Program-made: the position numbers and the translations under genes
Notes under the pieces: generated by a model
Databases searched by the model: none
What the model saw: only the letters and a program-made list of their open reading frames with translations
Told to the model about the DNA's origin: nothing
Shown here: piece after piece, positions 18,223-29,037 of the stretch
How positions within the stretch are numbered: position 1 is the first letter of the stretch
Layout of the letters: each line of letters opens with the position of its first letter
NCBI GenBank assembly: GCA_963823345.1
Contig: CAWGLE010000013.1
Coordinates: forward strand, 65,438 to 129,437
Origin: Candidatus Sulfomarinibacteraceae bacterium
Lineage (GTDB): Bacteria > Acidobacteriota > Thermoanaerobaculia > Thermoanaerobaculales > Sulfomarinibacteraceae
Length of the DNA: 64,000 bases
Direction: 5' to 3'

Positions 18223-21200
18223 CGGTTCCGCAGACCGATCCGCTGGCGCTTGACGAGCAGAGCCGCCGGTCGGCGCAGAGCGAGTTCGACCGCCCGGTGG
18301 TGGTGGTGGCGGGCGCCGGTACCGGCAAGACGGCACTGTTGGTGGCGCGGGTCGCAGCCTGGTGCATCGGCCCGGGGTGGGAGCGCCACGCCGGCGCCGG
18401 GCCCGAGGCCCAGGCCGTTGCGCGGAGCGTGATCGAACGGGTGGTGGCCATCACCTTCACCGAGGCGGCGGCGGCCGAGATGGCGCACAAGATCGGGTCC
18501 GCTCTCCTTGATCTCGCCAGGGGCCTGCAACCGGTGGGATGGGACCCGGAACCGGGAACGGTGCCGGGTGATTCAGGAGAAGTGATTCGGCGCGCCAGGG
18601 CCCTTTCCGAGGAGAGCCACCGTTTGACGGTCTCCACCATCCACGCGTTCTGCCAACGGTTGCTCGCGACCTACCCCCTCGAGGCCGGGCTCCATCCGCG
18701 CTTCGAGGTCGATGCCGACGGCACACGCATCGAGGCGCTGGCCGAGGCGGTGGTGGAAGAGACCCTGCGGGATCTGCATGCGGATCCTGACCGTGGCGCC
18801 TGGGAAGAGCTGGCGGTCGAGGGCGTGTCGCCGACCCGAGTGGTCGAGGCCCTGGTCGAATTGGTGGAAGCCGGTTCCGGTCCGGATCTCTTCCGAGACG
18901 ACCCCTTCAGCGACAGCGCGGTGGTCGCGGCGCGGCTGCGGTCGGCGATCGAGGTATTCGAGGGCGTCCTGGGTGATCGTCTCGACGGCGTCAAGGCCGA
19001 GGTGATCGCCGCGACCCGGGACGTGCCCGCGGTGCTGGCGTCTCTGACGGCGGAGGGCGTCGCCGCGCCGTCGATGGACGAGCTCGGAGCCGTGGCCGCG
19101 GCAGTCGATCCAAGGGCGTTGAAACGGCTCAAGGACTGGTCGAGGCTGAAGTTCAACAAAACCGAGGGGCAGCGCCTGGAGGGGGTGGAGCACGAGGTGG
19201 CAGCGGCTGCGGGTCGGCTGGAGGCGGTTCTGGCGCCTCTGACCGATCTCCATCGCCCCCAGTTGACCGCGGCGCGCCGGGTGGTGGGTCCCCTCCTGGA
19301 AGCCGTGGAGAAGCGGCGGAGCGCGGAAGGCCTCGTGACCTTTGCAGACCTTCTCCGGCGCGCCGAGTCCCTGCTCGCATCGTCGCCCGGTGTCCGCCGC
19401 GAGGTGGTGGCCGGGATCGATCATCTGTTGGTCGACGAGTTTCAGGACACCGACGATGTCCAGTGCCGGCTGGTGGAGGCGCTGGCCCTGAGCGGCGATC
19501 GCGAGCGGCGGCCCTCGCTGTTCATCGTCGGTGATCCCAAACAGTCGATCTACGCCTGGCGCAGCGCCGACCTCGCGGCCTACGATGCCTTCGTCCGCAA
19601 GGTGGTGAATGCCGGCGGCATCACGGTGGATCTGGTGCGCAACTTCCGCTCGGTGACACCGATTCTCGACGAGGTGGAGCGTCTGGTGGCGCCGGTGATG
19701 CGGCCCGAGCAGGGGATCCAGCCGCCGTTCCAGCGCCTCGAGGCCACCGACGAAAGGCGAGGCGTACCCGGTGTGGATGAAGGGCCGTGGAAGACCGTCG
19801 AACACTGGGTGGCGTGGCAGCTCGGCGAGGACGGCGTGGGCCCCGAAAAGGGCAACTCCGACAGCCAGACCACCGCGCTCGAGGCCGCCGCCCTGGCCGC
19901 CGACATCCGCCGTCTGCACGATGAGGCAGTGATCTCGAGGTGGGGTGACGTCGCGGTGTTGTTGCGGGTCACGACGTCCCAGGAAGAGCTGTTGGAGGCC
20001 TTTCGCGAGGCGGGGGTGCCGTACGAGGTGGCGCGGGAGCGCGACTACTACCGTCAGCGAGAGGTCGTCGAGATGGCGGCCCTGATCCGCTGTGTTCTCG
20101 AGCCCACCGACGCCCTCGCCCTGTTGACCGTGATGCGCAGCGACGTGGTGGGGGTGCCTGACGCGGCGCTCGCGCCCCTGTGGGACGCCGGCTTTTCCGG
20201 CCGGATGGCGCGGCTGACGACCCCGGGTTCGACGGCGGCGGACGAGGTCAGAGCGTGCATCGAGGCGGCCCGCACCGCCGCGCCGACCGGTCTCCCCGGC
20301 AGTGATTCCGTGCCCAACTGGGCGGATGCGGTCTCGACCGCGGTCGAGATCATCGCCGAGCTGCGGTCGTCGCTGCGGGAGGACCCTCCCGATGTCTTTG
20401 TCGAAAAGGTCCGGACCCTGTGGCTCGCCGAGGTGACCGCGGCAGCGCGCTACCTCGGGGGTTTTCGCCGCGCGCGGGTCGACCGCTTCCTCGCTGATCT
20501 CGAGCAGACGCTGGTGGCGGGAGAGGGCGGTGATGCGGAACTCGCGAGGTTCCTTCGACAGGCGGTGGAGACGGGCAAGGAGAGCCGGGTCCCGGTTCCG
20601 CCCGACCTCGAGACCGACGCGGTTCACGTCATGACGATCCACCGCGCCAAGGGGCTCGATTTCGAACACGTCTACGTCGCCCAGATCCACAAGGGCGGCC
20701 GCAGCGGATCCAATCGGAAAGCGGCCGGTGTCAGCACTCTCGTCGACAGCCGCGAGTACCGGCTGTTCGACTGGTCGACCCCGGGTTACCAGACCGCTGA
20801 GTGGGAGCAGACGCGGAAGACCCGGGCCGAGCTGGTCCGTCTGCTCTACGTCGCCGCCACCAGGGCGAAGAAGCGTCTGGTGGTGTCGGGTGGGTGGCAG
20901 GAGGCCGGCAAGGAGGTTCCTCCCGAATCGGCCGCGGACTTCGCCGATCTCCTCGGGCGCCGTCTCGACCCGGGTGCGGTTGCGCGCCAGGTGGCCGCGA
21001 GAGCCGAACGCCACGACGACGAGGCGCCGCACGTGGTGCGGGTGATGCCGGTCTTTGCGGACCTGCCGACGGCGGGAACGCCCGAAGTCGGTGGCAGGGG
21101 TGGGTGGTCGGTGCCCTCCGGCGCGCTCGAACGGGCTGCGGATCTGGCCGCACAGCGGCGCGAAGCGGCCGGACGGATGGCGCAGCCGGTCTTCCGGTCG

Positions 21201-21785
21201 GCCTCCGCAGAGGCCCACGACCGGATGCGCAGCGCCGAAGCCGATGACGCGGAATCGATGGGGGAGCGCTCATCGGATCGAAGCCTGGCGATGGCCCTCG
21301 GTACCGCAGTGCACTCCATGATGGAGAATCTCGACCTGACCGCCGCCCTCGCGCCGCAGATCGCCGGGCACCGCGAGCGGATTCTCGCGGAGCTTGCGTC
21401 CTTCGATGACGGGAAGGCCCAGGTTGATGCCGTCCTGTCCGGGGTGGTCAGGGGCTCGTGTCTCGAACGGCTCGAGGGCATCGCCGCTCATGTGGTGGCG
21501 CGCGAGCTGCCGGTGATGCTGTGGTCGGAAGCGCCGGGCGCCCCGGGCGCGGTTGTGTCCGGTATCGTCGATCTCGTCTACCGCGACCCCGACGACGGGC
21601 GCATCGTGGTGGCCGACTACAAGACCGACGCGCTGCCGGATCAAGCCGCCATCGACGAGAGGGTCGTGGTGTACGAGCCGCAGGTACGCACGTACGCCCG
21701 GGCCCTCTGCGAGGCCCTCGACCTCGACTACGGGCCCCACGTCGAGCTGTGGTTCCTTGCCGCCGACCGCATTGTCAGACTGTGA
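18219..21785 (+). CDS. addA: AddA/RecB-like UvrD-family helicase with C-terminal PD-(D/E)XK nuclease
   Basis: 1188 aa. Motifs: AGAGTGKTALL (Walker A), ITFTEAAAAEM, TIHAFCQRLL, LVDEFQDT. C-terminal nuclease pattern: GIVDLVYRD...VVADYKTD. Confidence 0.85.
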   Translation: MTVPQTDPLALDEQSRRSAQSEFDRPVVVVAGAGTGKTALLVARVAAWCIGPGWERHAGAGPEAQAVARSVIERVVAITFTEAAAAEMAHKIGSALLDLARGLQPVGWDPEPGTVPGDSGEVIRRARALSEESHRLTVSTIHAFCQRLLATYPLEAGLHPRFEVDADGTRIEALAEAVVEETLRDLHADPDRGAWEELAVEGVSPTRVVEALVELVEAGSGPDLFRDDPFSDSAVVAARLRSAIEVFEGVLGDRLDGVKAEVIAATRDVPAVLASLTAEGVAAPSMDELGAVAAAVDPRALKRLKDWSRLKFNKTEGQRLEGVEHEVAAAAGRLEAVLAPLTDLHRPQLTAARRVVGPLLEAVEKRRSAEGLVTFADLLRRAESLLASSPGVRREVVAGIDHLLVDEFQDTDDVQCRLVEALALSGDRERRPSLFIVGDPKQSIYAWRSADLAAYDAFVRKVVNAGGITVDLVRNFRSVTPILDEVERLVAPVMRPEQGIQPPFQRLEATDERRGVPGVDEGPWKTVEHWVAWQLGEDGVGPEKGNSDSQTTALEAAALAADIRRLHDEAVISRWGDVAVLLRVTTSQEELLEAFREAGVPYEVARERDYYRQREVVEMAALIRCVLEPTDALALLTVMRSDVVGVPDAALAPLWDAGFSGRMARLTTPGSTAADEVRACIEAARTAAPTGLPGSDSVPNWADAVSTAVEIIAELRSSLREDPPDVFVEKVRTLWLAEVTAAARYLGGFRRARVDRFLADLEQTLVAGEGGDAELARFLRQAVETGKESRVPVPPDLETDAVHVMTIHRAKGLDFEHVYVAQIHKGGRSGSNRKAAGVSTLVDSREYRLFDWSTPGYQTAEWEQTRKTRAELVRLLYVAATRAKKRLVVSGGWQEAGKEVPPESAADFADLLGRRLDPGAVARQVAARAERHDDEAPHVVRVMPVFADLPTAGTPEVGGRGGWSVPSGALERAADLAAQRREAAGRMAQPVFRSASAEAHDRMRSAEADDAESMGERSSDRSLAMALGTAVHSMMENLDLTAALAPQIAGHRERILAELASFDDGKAQVDAVLSGVVRGSCLERLEGIAAHVVARELPVMLWSEAPGAPGAVVSGIVDLVYRDPDDGRIVVADYKTDALPDQAAIDERVVVYEPQVRTYARALCEALDLDYGPHVELWFLAADRIVRL

Positions 21786-21793
21786 GCAGTCGC

Positions 21794-21862
21794 GGTGCAG
21801 GCGGGACGCCCGCACCACAAAACCGCGCATTCAACGTTTTTGTGGGGCAGTCGCCCGGGCGG
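21794..21862. repeat. REP pair (reverse unit plus degenerate forward unit)
   Basis: GGTGCAGGCGGGACGCCCGCACCACAAAACC, then TTTTGTGGGGCAGTCGCCCGGGCGG. It starts directly after the addA stop. Confidence 0.8.
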
Positions 21863-21865
21863 ATG

Positions 21866-21890
21866 AAAAAACCCGGCGGAACCGCCGGGC
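21866..21890 (-). terminator. Rho-independent terminator (minus strand)
   Basis: The minus strand reads CCCGGCGG-TT-CCGCCGGG followed by TTTTTT. It could terminate sucCD read-through or a short independent transcript (see findings). Confidence 0.7.
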
Positions 21891-22007
21891 CATCGCAGAG
21901 AGAAACTCCTCCTCCCTCACTACGAAGCTGGAATTATAGCGGTATTTTCCCGACTTCAAGATGTTTCACTTCGTGTTGCATGCTTCGGAGCCCTTCACGT
22001 TCCAGCA

Positions 22008-22160
22008 GTTAGCTTTTAGCTGTTAGCTGGATTCCAATCCCAATACGGCACATCTGAAATGAAGAAACGCCCCTGGATTCCCGGGGGCGTGAGTTGATTA
22101 TTTCGTCCGTCCGAAAGCTAACAGCCAACCGCTGACAGCTAATAGCTAACAGCTAACCGC
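22008..22160. repeat. Inverted heptamer arrays (GTTAGCT / AGCTAAC) flanking a core with a GC hairpin
   Basis: Left array GTTAGCT-TTTAGCT-GTTAGCT at 22008-22030. Right array AGCTAAC-AGCCAAC-CGCTGAC-AGCTAAT-AGCTAAC-AGCTAAC at 22116-22160. Core hairpin ACGCCCC...GGGGCGT at 22067-22090. The element ends 2 nt from the sucD stop. Confidence 0.85.
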
Positions 22161-22162
22161 TC

Positions 22163-23043
<881 letters not shown>

Positions 23044-23047
<4 letters not shown>

Positions 23048-24211
23048 GCCGCACCTCCGACCGCCGCCACGACTTTTGCGGCGGCATCCGCCATCCCGTC
23101 GCCCACGATCAGGTCGATCCCGGATTCGGCAAGCACGCGCCGGCCCTCCTCGACGTTGGTCCCCTCGAGCCGGACCACCAGCGGGATGCTGAGCTTGACC
23201 TCCTCGGCCGCCGCGACCACGCCGCGGGCCACCATGTCGCAGCGCACGATGCCGCCGAAGATGTTGACCAGCACGCCCTTGACCGAGGGATCCGAGAGCA
23301 GAATGCGGAAGGCCGCGGCCACCCGCTCCTGGGAGGCGTCGCCGCCGACATCGAGGAAGTTGGCGGGCTCGCCGCCGCAGTGCTTGATGATGTCCATGGT
23401 CGCCATCGCGAGACCGGCGCCGTTGACCATGCAGCCGATGTTCCCGTCCAATTTGATGTAGTTGAGGTCGAACTTCGAGGCCTCGACCTCGAGCGGCTCC
23501 TCCTCGTGGATGTCGCGCATGGCGGCGATGTCGGTGTGTCGGAAGAGGGCGCTGTCGTCGACGTTCATCTTGGCGTCGAGGGCGATCACCCGGCCGTCGG
23601 TAGTGGTGACCAGGGGGTTGATCTCGAGCAGCGAGGCATCGGTATCACCATAGGCCTTGGCCAGGGCGTGCCATGAACTTGGTGCCCGACTTGAAGGCCT
23701 CGCCCTCGAGCCCGAGCCCGAAGGCGAGCTTGCGGCACATGTAGGGGTGGAGCCCCACGTCGGGGTCGAAGTGGGCCTTGAGGATGGCGTCCGGGTTCTC
23801 GGCGGCGACCTCCTCGATCTCCATGCCGCCGAACTTGGAGGCCATCATCACCGGGAAGCCCTCGGAGCGGTCGAGCACCACGCCGAGGTAGAGCTCGCGC
23901 TCGATCGGCAGCGCCTCTTCGATGAGAACGGTGCGCACCAGCTTGCCCTCGGGGCCGGTCTGTTTGGTGACCAGGGTCATGCCGAGGATCTCGCCCGCCA
24001 GCTTGACCGCCTCGTCGGGGTTTGCGGCGAGCTTGACGCCGCCGCCCTTGCCGCGACCGCCGGCGTGGATCTGCGCCTTGACGACGACCCGTCCGCCGAG
24101 CTGCTCGGCCGCCGCCCGCGCCTCCTCGGCCTTGGTGATGACGATGCCGCGCGGCACGGGTACTCCGTGCGCCGCCAGCACCTGTTTGCCTTGGTACTCG
24201 TGAATCTTCAT
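23044..24211 (-). CDS. sucC: Succinyl-CoA synthetase beta subunit, apparent +1 frameshift at about 23671
   Basis: The N-terminal ORF 23645..24211 ([20 protein letters not shown]...) and the C-terminal ORF 23044..23589 are the two halves of SucC. Deleting one base after ...GTKFM (plus-strand C at 23671) reads on as [39 protein letters not shown]. Length is 1168 nt = 3n+1. AAGGAGG lies upstream of the ATG at 24211. Confidence 0.95.
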
Positions 24212-24320
24212 CTCGCCTCCTTAGGGACTGCCCGTTGCGGGCCGGGCTATTTTGTACCATCTTTCACGAGCGGGCAAGGGCGGCGGGAGAATGAGAGAAT
24301 CGAGGAGGCGAGGCGGGCTG

Positions 24321-24370
24321 GGAATTTCGGATTTCGGATTTCGGATTTCGGATTTTGCCCCACCCGCCCT
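24321..24370. repeat. GGATTTC heptamer array plus C-rich box in a divergent promoter region
   Basis: GGAATTTC-GGATTTC x3-GGATTTT, then GCCCCACCCGCCC. Confidence 0.85.
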
Positions 24371-24415
24371 GGACACGGGCCACAGAAATCGGAAGGAACG
24401 GGCGAGGTGAAGGGC

Positions 24416-25066
24416 ATGGAGCGACGCGATGTGAGGCACGTCTGGCGGTGGACGGCGGCGGAGGCGAGGGTCTTCGACAGGCTCGATTCGCCGCGGGCGA
24501 TCCAGGACTTTCTCGACGGGGTGCCGTACAACGCCGAGCCGGTGTGCCGGTCGCCGCGGGAGGTCCTGCGGGTGCGGCGCGCGCACTGCATGGAAGGGGC
24601 GTTGTTCGCGGCGGCGGCGCTGAGCCACCACGGGCGGCCGCCGCTGCTGGTGGATCTCCGCGCACACAACGACGACGACCACGTGATCGCGCTGTTTCGC
24701 GAAGACGGTCTGTGGGGAGCCGTCGCCAAATCCAACACCACGGCGCTCAGGATGCGCGACCCCGTGTACCGGTCGGTGCGCGAGCTCGCGATGTCGTACT
24801 TCCCCTATTACTTCAACCTCGACGGTTTCAGCGCGCTGCGCGAATACTCGGTGCCCTTCGATCTCACCCGATACGACGACCTCGGCTGGAGGTTCACGAC
24901 CGACGACCTGGAGTACCTCGGCGATGCCCTCGACCGGCTGCGCCACACCCGCCTCGTCGACGAGGAGACCGCGCGGCGCCTGCCGAGGGCGCCGCGCTAC
25001 CTCATGGATGCGTGCTTCCTGGGCGCCGACCCGGACGGGCTCTTCAAGCCTTCGAAGACCCCGTGA
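24416..25066 (+). CDS. Transglutaminase/papain-fold-like protein (predicted Cys-His hydrolase), function unknown
   Basis: The ATG at 24416 has GAGGTGA upstream; 216 aa. The candidate catalytic arrangement is RRAHCMEGALFAAAAL ... DDDHVIALF ... WGAVAKSN. The 3' end overlaps the convergent GNAT gene by 23 nt. Confidence 0.5.
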   Translation: MERRDVRHVWRWTAAEARVFDRLDSPRAIQDFLDGVPYNAEPVCRSPREVLRVRRAHCMEGALFAAAALSHHGRPPLLVDLRAHNDDDHVIALFREDGLWGAVAKSNTTALRMRDPVYRSVRELAMSYFPYYFNLDGFSALREYSVPFDLTRYDDLGWRFTTDDLEYLGDALDRLRHTRLVDEETARRLPRAPRYLMDACFLGADPDGLFKPSKTP

Positions 25067-25577
25067 GTGTCGCCGGATCGAGCACTTTGAGAAAGGTCAC
25101 CCTGGCGTCGCCGGGTGCGTAGAAGTCCGTGAGCTCGGCCGCCACGTGATAGCCGCAGGCGAGATAGAAGGCGCGGGTCGGTGTGTAGAGCTCGCGGCCG
25201 GCGGTTTCCAGATAGACCCGGACCCGTGCCGACTCGGCCATCCACCGCTCGGCGGCAGTGAGCAGGGTGCGGCCGACGCCGAGGCCCTGGCTCCGCGGGT
25301 CGACGGCGATCCAGTAGAGATCGGCGGATTCGACGGTCCCGGGGATCGGGCCCCAGCACGCGTAGCCGACCACTGCGCCGCCGTGCTCACCGACCAGAAA
25401 TCGGTAGTGGCTGTCCTCGCCGAGGGCGAGACGGTCGTCCACCAGCTCCATCGCGACCTGGAGCTCCTCCGGGTTGAAGAACCCGGTCGCATGGAGAAGG
25501 CTCCGCACGGGCTCCCGATCCGCCGGTTGCAGGCCGCGGCGGACTTCGATTCCAGACGCGCTGTTTGCCGCGGTCAT
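25044..25577 (-). CDS. GNAT-family N-acetyltransferase
   Basis: 177 aa with the acetyl-CoA motif A, IAVDPRSQGLGVGRTLL. The start overlaps the upstream ATP-grasp stop as ATGA. Confidence 0.85.
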   Translation of the reverse strand: MTAANSASGIEVRRGLQPADREPVRSLLHATGFFNPEELQVAMELVDDRLALGEDSHYRFLVGEHGGAVVGYACWGPIPGTVESADLYWIAVDPRSQGLGVGRTLLTAAERWMAESARVRVYLETAGRELYTPTRAFYLACGYHVAAELTDFYAPGDARVTFLKVLDPATLTGSSKA

Positions 25578-26554
25578 GCGGTCCACCCGGCGGCGGTCAG
25601 GATCCGGCCCACGACTTCGGCGGGTGCGAGACCCGCCGCGGAGGCGGCCGCCGCGAACCCGGCGTCCGCCGAGATGCACGGGTTGGCGTTGACCTCGAGC
25701 ACGCAGGGCTCTCCCTCTTCGTCGAGACGGATGTCGATCCGGCCGTAGCCTGAAAGACCGCAGGCGGACCACGCGGTCGCCGCCACCTCGTCGAGCCGGT
25801 TGCGGAGCGGCCATTCGGAGCCGTTGAGGAACACCCGCACGGTGTTCCGGTAGGCAAACGAGCCCTCGTCCCACTTTGCCTCCCAGCCGAGGATGCGCGG
25901 GCGGTCGGCCGGATAGTCGACGTAGGTCATCTCGGCCGGCGGCAGAACATCGAATCCGCCCGGTTTGGCGAGCACCGAAATGTTGAACTCCCGCCCCGGC
26001 AGCAGGTGTTCGACGAGCACGGGCTGGCCGTGAAAAAGCCGCCGGAGCTCCCGGGCGCGGGTGACGGCGCCGGTCCTGTCCGAGGTGACGGCGTCGTCGT
26101 CGAGACCGAGGGAGGCGTCCTCGAGGGCCGGCTTGAGAATCCACGGCGGCGGCACGAGGTCGAGGATGTCCGGGCGGTCGGGGTCGAGCAGCCCGCCCGG
26201 CGCCACATCCACGCCGTGGCCGGCGAGGGTCTTCCGGGTCCCATCCTTGTCGGTCGTGGCGCGGATGACTGAGGCGGACGAACCGGTGACCTTGAGGCCC
26301 GCCCGCTCGAAGGCGGCCGCGGCCTCGACCTGGAAGGTCGGACGCCCCGGAGGCGACTCGACGAGATTGAAGACCGCACCGACCTTTTCAAGCGACGCGG
26401 CGTCGACCCCCCCGTCCCCGACCGCAAGGATGCGGTAGGGGAGATGGAGGGCGTCGAGAGCAGCGGTTACGAAGCCGACCTGGGCGAGGACGTCGCGCGT
26501 CGACGGGTCGTCTGCGGCCGCGACAGCGTTGTGGGCAACAAGGATGTCGGACAT
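25574..26554 (-). CDS. ATP-grasp ligase (second, divergent copy)
   Basis: The ATG at 26554 gives 326 aa: MSDILVAHNAV.... ATP-grasp signatures: ILKPALEDASLG, VLVEHLLPGREFNISVL, GYGRIDIRLDEEGEPCVLEVNANPC. Confidence 0.8.
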   Translation of the reverse strand: MSDILVAHNAVAAADDPSTRDVLAQVGFVTAALDALHLPYRILAVGDGGVDAASLEKVGAVFNLVESPPGRPTFQVEAAAAFERAGLKVTGSSASVIRATTDKDGTRKTLAGHGVDVAPGGLLDPDRPDILDLVPPPWILKPALEDASLGLDDDAVTSDRTGAVTRARELRRLFHGQPVLVEHLLPGREFNISVLAKPGGFDVLPPAEMTYVDYPADRPRILGWEAKWDEGSFAYRNTVRVFLNGSEWPLRNRLDEVAATAWSACGLSGYGRIDIRLDEEGEPCVLEVNANPCISADAGFAAAASAAGLAPAEVVGRILTAAGWTA

Positions 26555-27543
26555 GTCTCGGAGTCGTACCTTTCTTTGGCTGCGGTGACGATCTCGCCGA
26601 GGAGCTCGTCGTAGCGGAGACCCGCCATGCGGGCCATGATCGGGAGGTCGGAGCGCACCGGGTGGAGACCCGGCAGCGGGTTGACCTCGATAAAGGAGAG
26701 CCGGCCGGCCGCGTCGCACCGCATATCCACGCGGGCGGCATCGCGGCAATCCAGCGCCTCCACGACTGCCAGTGCAAGCTCCGCCGCCTCGTCCGCCAGG
26801 GGTTCTCCCGCGACCAGACGGTAGTCCATCCGGTCGAGATACTCGTCCTTGTTGAGCTGGGTGTAGGCCTCGACCTCGGAACGGCTGGTCCACACCACTT
26901 CCATCACGGCGACGACGCGAGCGCGCAGACCGTTGCCGATCACACCGACCGTGACCTCGCGGCCCGGCAGAAGCTCCTCGACCAGGAGACCCGTCGGGAA
27001 GTCGGGGAGCAGGCGGGTGCAGGTCTTGATCAGCTGCTTTCGGTTCGAAACGATCGAGTAGGCGCCGACGCCCTTCGAGCTGCCTTCGGCGAGAGGTTTG
27101 ACGAACATCGGGTTGCCGTTGACCCGGGAGTCGATGTCGGTCAGTGACCGCACCACGATGAAACCGGGGGTCGGCAGGCCCTTGTCGCGCACGATGCGCT
27201 TGGCGAGCGACTTGTCGAGGGTGAGGCCGCACGTCACCGGATCGGAAAAGGTGTAGGGCTGGTCGAAGAGCTCGCAGAGAGCCGGCACCTGGGCCTCGCG
27301 GGCGCGGCCGCGCAGCCCTTCGGTGACGTTGAACACGAGGTCCCAACGGTCGCCGGCGACCAGGCGCGCAGCCAGGGCGCGGCCGCGGCCGACCCTCTCG
27401 ACGCGGTAGCCGAGACCGGACAGGGTGTTCTCGAGCCCGGAAATCACGCCTTCATCATCGAACTCGGCCACTTCGAGCTTGCTGTGACCGGCGGCGAGGT
27501 ACTCCTCTTTGCTGTCGTAACAGAGAGCGATCGAGAGGTTCAT
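26467..27543 (-). CDS. ATP-grasp ligase, D-Ala-D-Ala-ligase-like
   Basis: The ATG at 27543 has GAGGTGA upstream and lies 5 nt after the kamA stop. Motifs: MFVKPLAEGSSKGV, LLVEELLPGREVTVGVIG, ARVDMRCDAAGRLSFIEVNPLPGL. The ORF continues 88 nt past the next gene's ATG with a non-conserved-looking tail, so the true 3' end is uncertain. Confidence 0.75.
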   Translation of the reverse strand: MNLSIALCYDSKEEYLAAGHSKLEVAEFDDEGVISGLENTLSGLGYRVERVGRGRALAARLVAGDRWDLVFNVTEGLRGRAREAQVPALCELFDQPYTFSDPVTCGLTLDKSLAKRIVRDKGLPTPGFIVVRSLTDIDSRVNGNPMFVKPLAEGSSKGVGAYSIVSNRKQLIKTCTRLLPDFPTGLLVEELLPGREVTVGVIGNGLRARVVAVMEVVWTSRSEVEAYTQLNKDEYLDRMDYRLVAGEPLADEAAELALAVVEALDCRDAARVDMRCDAAGRLSFIEVNPLPGLHPVRSDLPIMARMAGLRYDELLGEIVTAAKERYDSETCPTSLLPTTLSRPQTTRRRATSSPRSAS

Positions 27544-27548
27544 CGGGT

Positions 27549-28712
27549 TCACCTCATTTCCGGTGGGTCGATGTAGGTGTAGACCTCGCCGGCCCAGTTC
27601 TTCAGCTGCCAGGTGCCGCCTTCCCGTCCCACCACCGTTTCCGGTTGGACCGGGATTTTGCCGCCGCCGCCGGGAGCATCCACCACGTATGTGGGCACCG
27701 CGTAGCCGCTGGTGTGCCCGCGAAGCTGACTCATGATCTCGATGCCTTTGCCGATCGAGGTGCGGAGGTGGGCCGTGCCGACCACCGGGTCGGCCTGGTA
27801 GAGGTAGTAGGGGCGGACCCGCAGCATCAGCAGGCCGTGGAAGAGCTTTTTGAGGACCGCGGGGTCGTCGTTGATGCCGCGCAGGAGGACGGTCTGGCTG
27901 CCGAGCGGGATGCCGGCGTCGGCGAGCAGGTCGCAGGCGGCCGCAACTTCGGGCGTCAGCTCGGCGGGGTGTGAGAAGTGGAGGGACAGCCACACCCTGT
28001 TGCGCCGCAGCACTGCCGCGAGCTCGGGCGTGATCCTCTGCGGCAGGAAGCCGGGCACGCGGCTGCCGATGCGCACGAACTCGATGTGTTCGATCTCGCG
28101 GATCGATGACAACAGGCTGTCGAGGCGATCCTCCGACATCAGCAAGGGGTCGCCGCCCGACAGCAGCACATCCCTCACCTCGGTGTGGGCTCGCAGGTAC
28201 TCCAGGATCGCGTCCATCCGGCGGGGCAGCGGATCGAGAGAGCCCTGGCTGACCAGCCGCGAGCGGGTGCAGTAGCGGCAGTAGGCGGCGCAGGTGTCGA
28301 GGGCGAGCAACAACACGCGGTCCGGGTAGCGGTGGACCAGGCCCTCGACCGTGGACGAGTGGTCCTCGCCGCACGGGTCTTCCATGTCGCCGGCGCTGAC
28401 CACGAACTCCTCCGCGGTGGGGATCACCTGGCGGCGGATGGGGCACTGGGGGTCGAATGGGTTCATCAATGCCGCGAAGTGCGGCGTCACCGACACGGCA
28501 AAACGCTCGGCGCCCATGGCGAGGCCGAGCCTCTCGGTTTCGGTGAGTTCGAGATACGCCTCGAGGTGTTCGAGGCGGGTCAGGCGGTGGCGAAGCTGCC
28601 AACGCCAATCAGCCCAGGTGGCCGGGTCGTAACTCTCACCGAACACCTGACACAGGCGCTGGCGGAGATCGGGCGCAACTTTCCTTGCCGCCGAGCGGCG
28701 GGTTCTAGGCAT
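27549..28712 (-). CDS. kamA: Lysine 2,3-aminomutase family radical-SAM enzyme (KamA/AblA-like)
   Basis: The ATG at 28712 is preceded by AAGGAGGAA. The in-frame upstream ATG at 28838 has no SD. Motifs: HRYPDRVLLL, CAAYCRYCTR (CxxxCxxC), VLLSGGDPL, RVRPYYLYQAD, YVVDAPGGGGK. Confidence 0.9.
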   Translation of the reverse strand: MPRTRRSAARKVAPDLRQRLCQVFGESYDPATWADWRWQLRHRLTRLEHLEAYLELTETERLGLAMGAERFAVSVTPHFAALMNPFDPQCPIRRQVIPTAEEFVVSAGDMEDPCGEDHSSTVEGLVHRYPDRVLLLALDTCAAYCRYCTRSRLVSQGSLDPLPRRMDAILEYLRAHTEVRDVLLSGGDPLLMSEDRLDSLLSSIREIEHIEFVRIGSRVPGFLPQRITPELAAVLRRNRVWLSLHFSHPAELTPEVAAACDLLADAGIPLGSQTVLLRGINDDPAVLKKLFHGLLMLRVRPYYLYQADPVVGTAHLRTSIGKGIEIMSQLRGHTSGYAVPTYVVDAPGGGGKIPVQPETVVGREGGTWQLKNWAGEVYTYIDPPEMR

Positions 28713-29037
28713 CTGAGGTTTCCTCCTTTGGAAAACGGGGTTGGGTTTGGCGATGGGCGAGACTTCACCCTGCTCGCTTGATTGAGCGGGTGCCGATTGC
28801 GTCACACGCGCGGAATGCCCATTGGGGCGCGACGACATGGTCGACCTATCCTTGGGTGTAGGGTTCCCGATGCCACTGACGTGGCTGGGTCATGGGGCAA
28901 CCGAAGGTTGATCCATGGGGGGTGAGAGGCCGGGGGCGCCAACGGCGGGCCGTCAGCCGGAGTCGGCGGCGACTTCCGGAGATCGGCCCGAACCTACTGG
29001 GGGGCTCGTCGGATTTCGTATCAACTCTCACAATTCG

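Noticed and set aside
28860-28960. Attempt to assign the kamA leader to a known riboswitch class (lysine L-box, glycine, SAM)
   Set aside because: The fragments that look similar (GAGAGGCC...GGCGCC, GGGGCAACCGAAGG) are on the wrong strand or incomplete. The class cannot be called without a covariance-model scan.
29013-29036. GAATTGTGAGAG... just downstream of the kamA-operon -10, reminiscent of the lac operator half-site
   Set aside because: The similarity covers only about 9 bases. No dyad partner and no LacI-family gene lie nearby. It is most likely coincidental.
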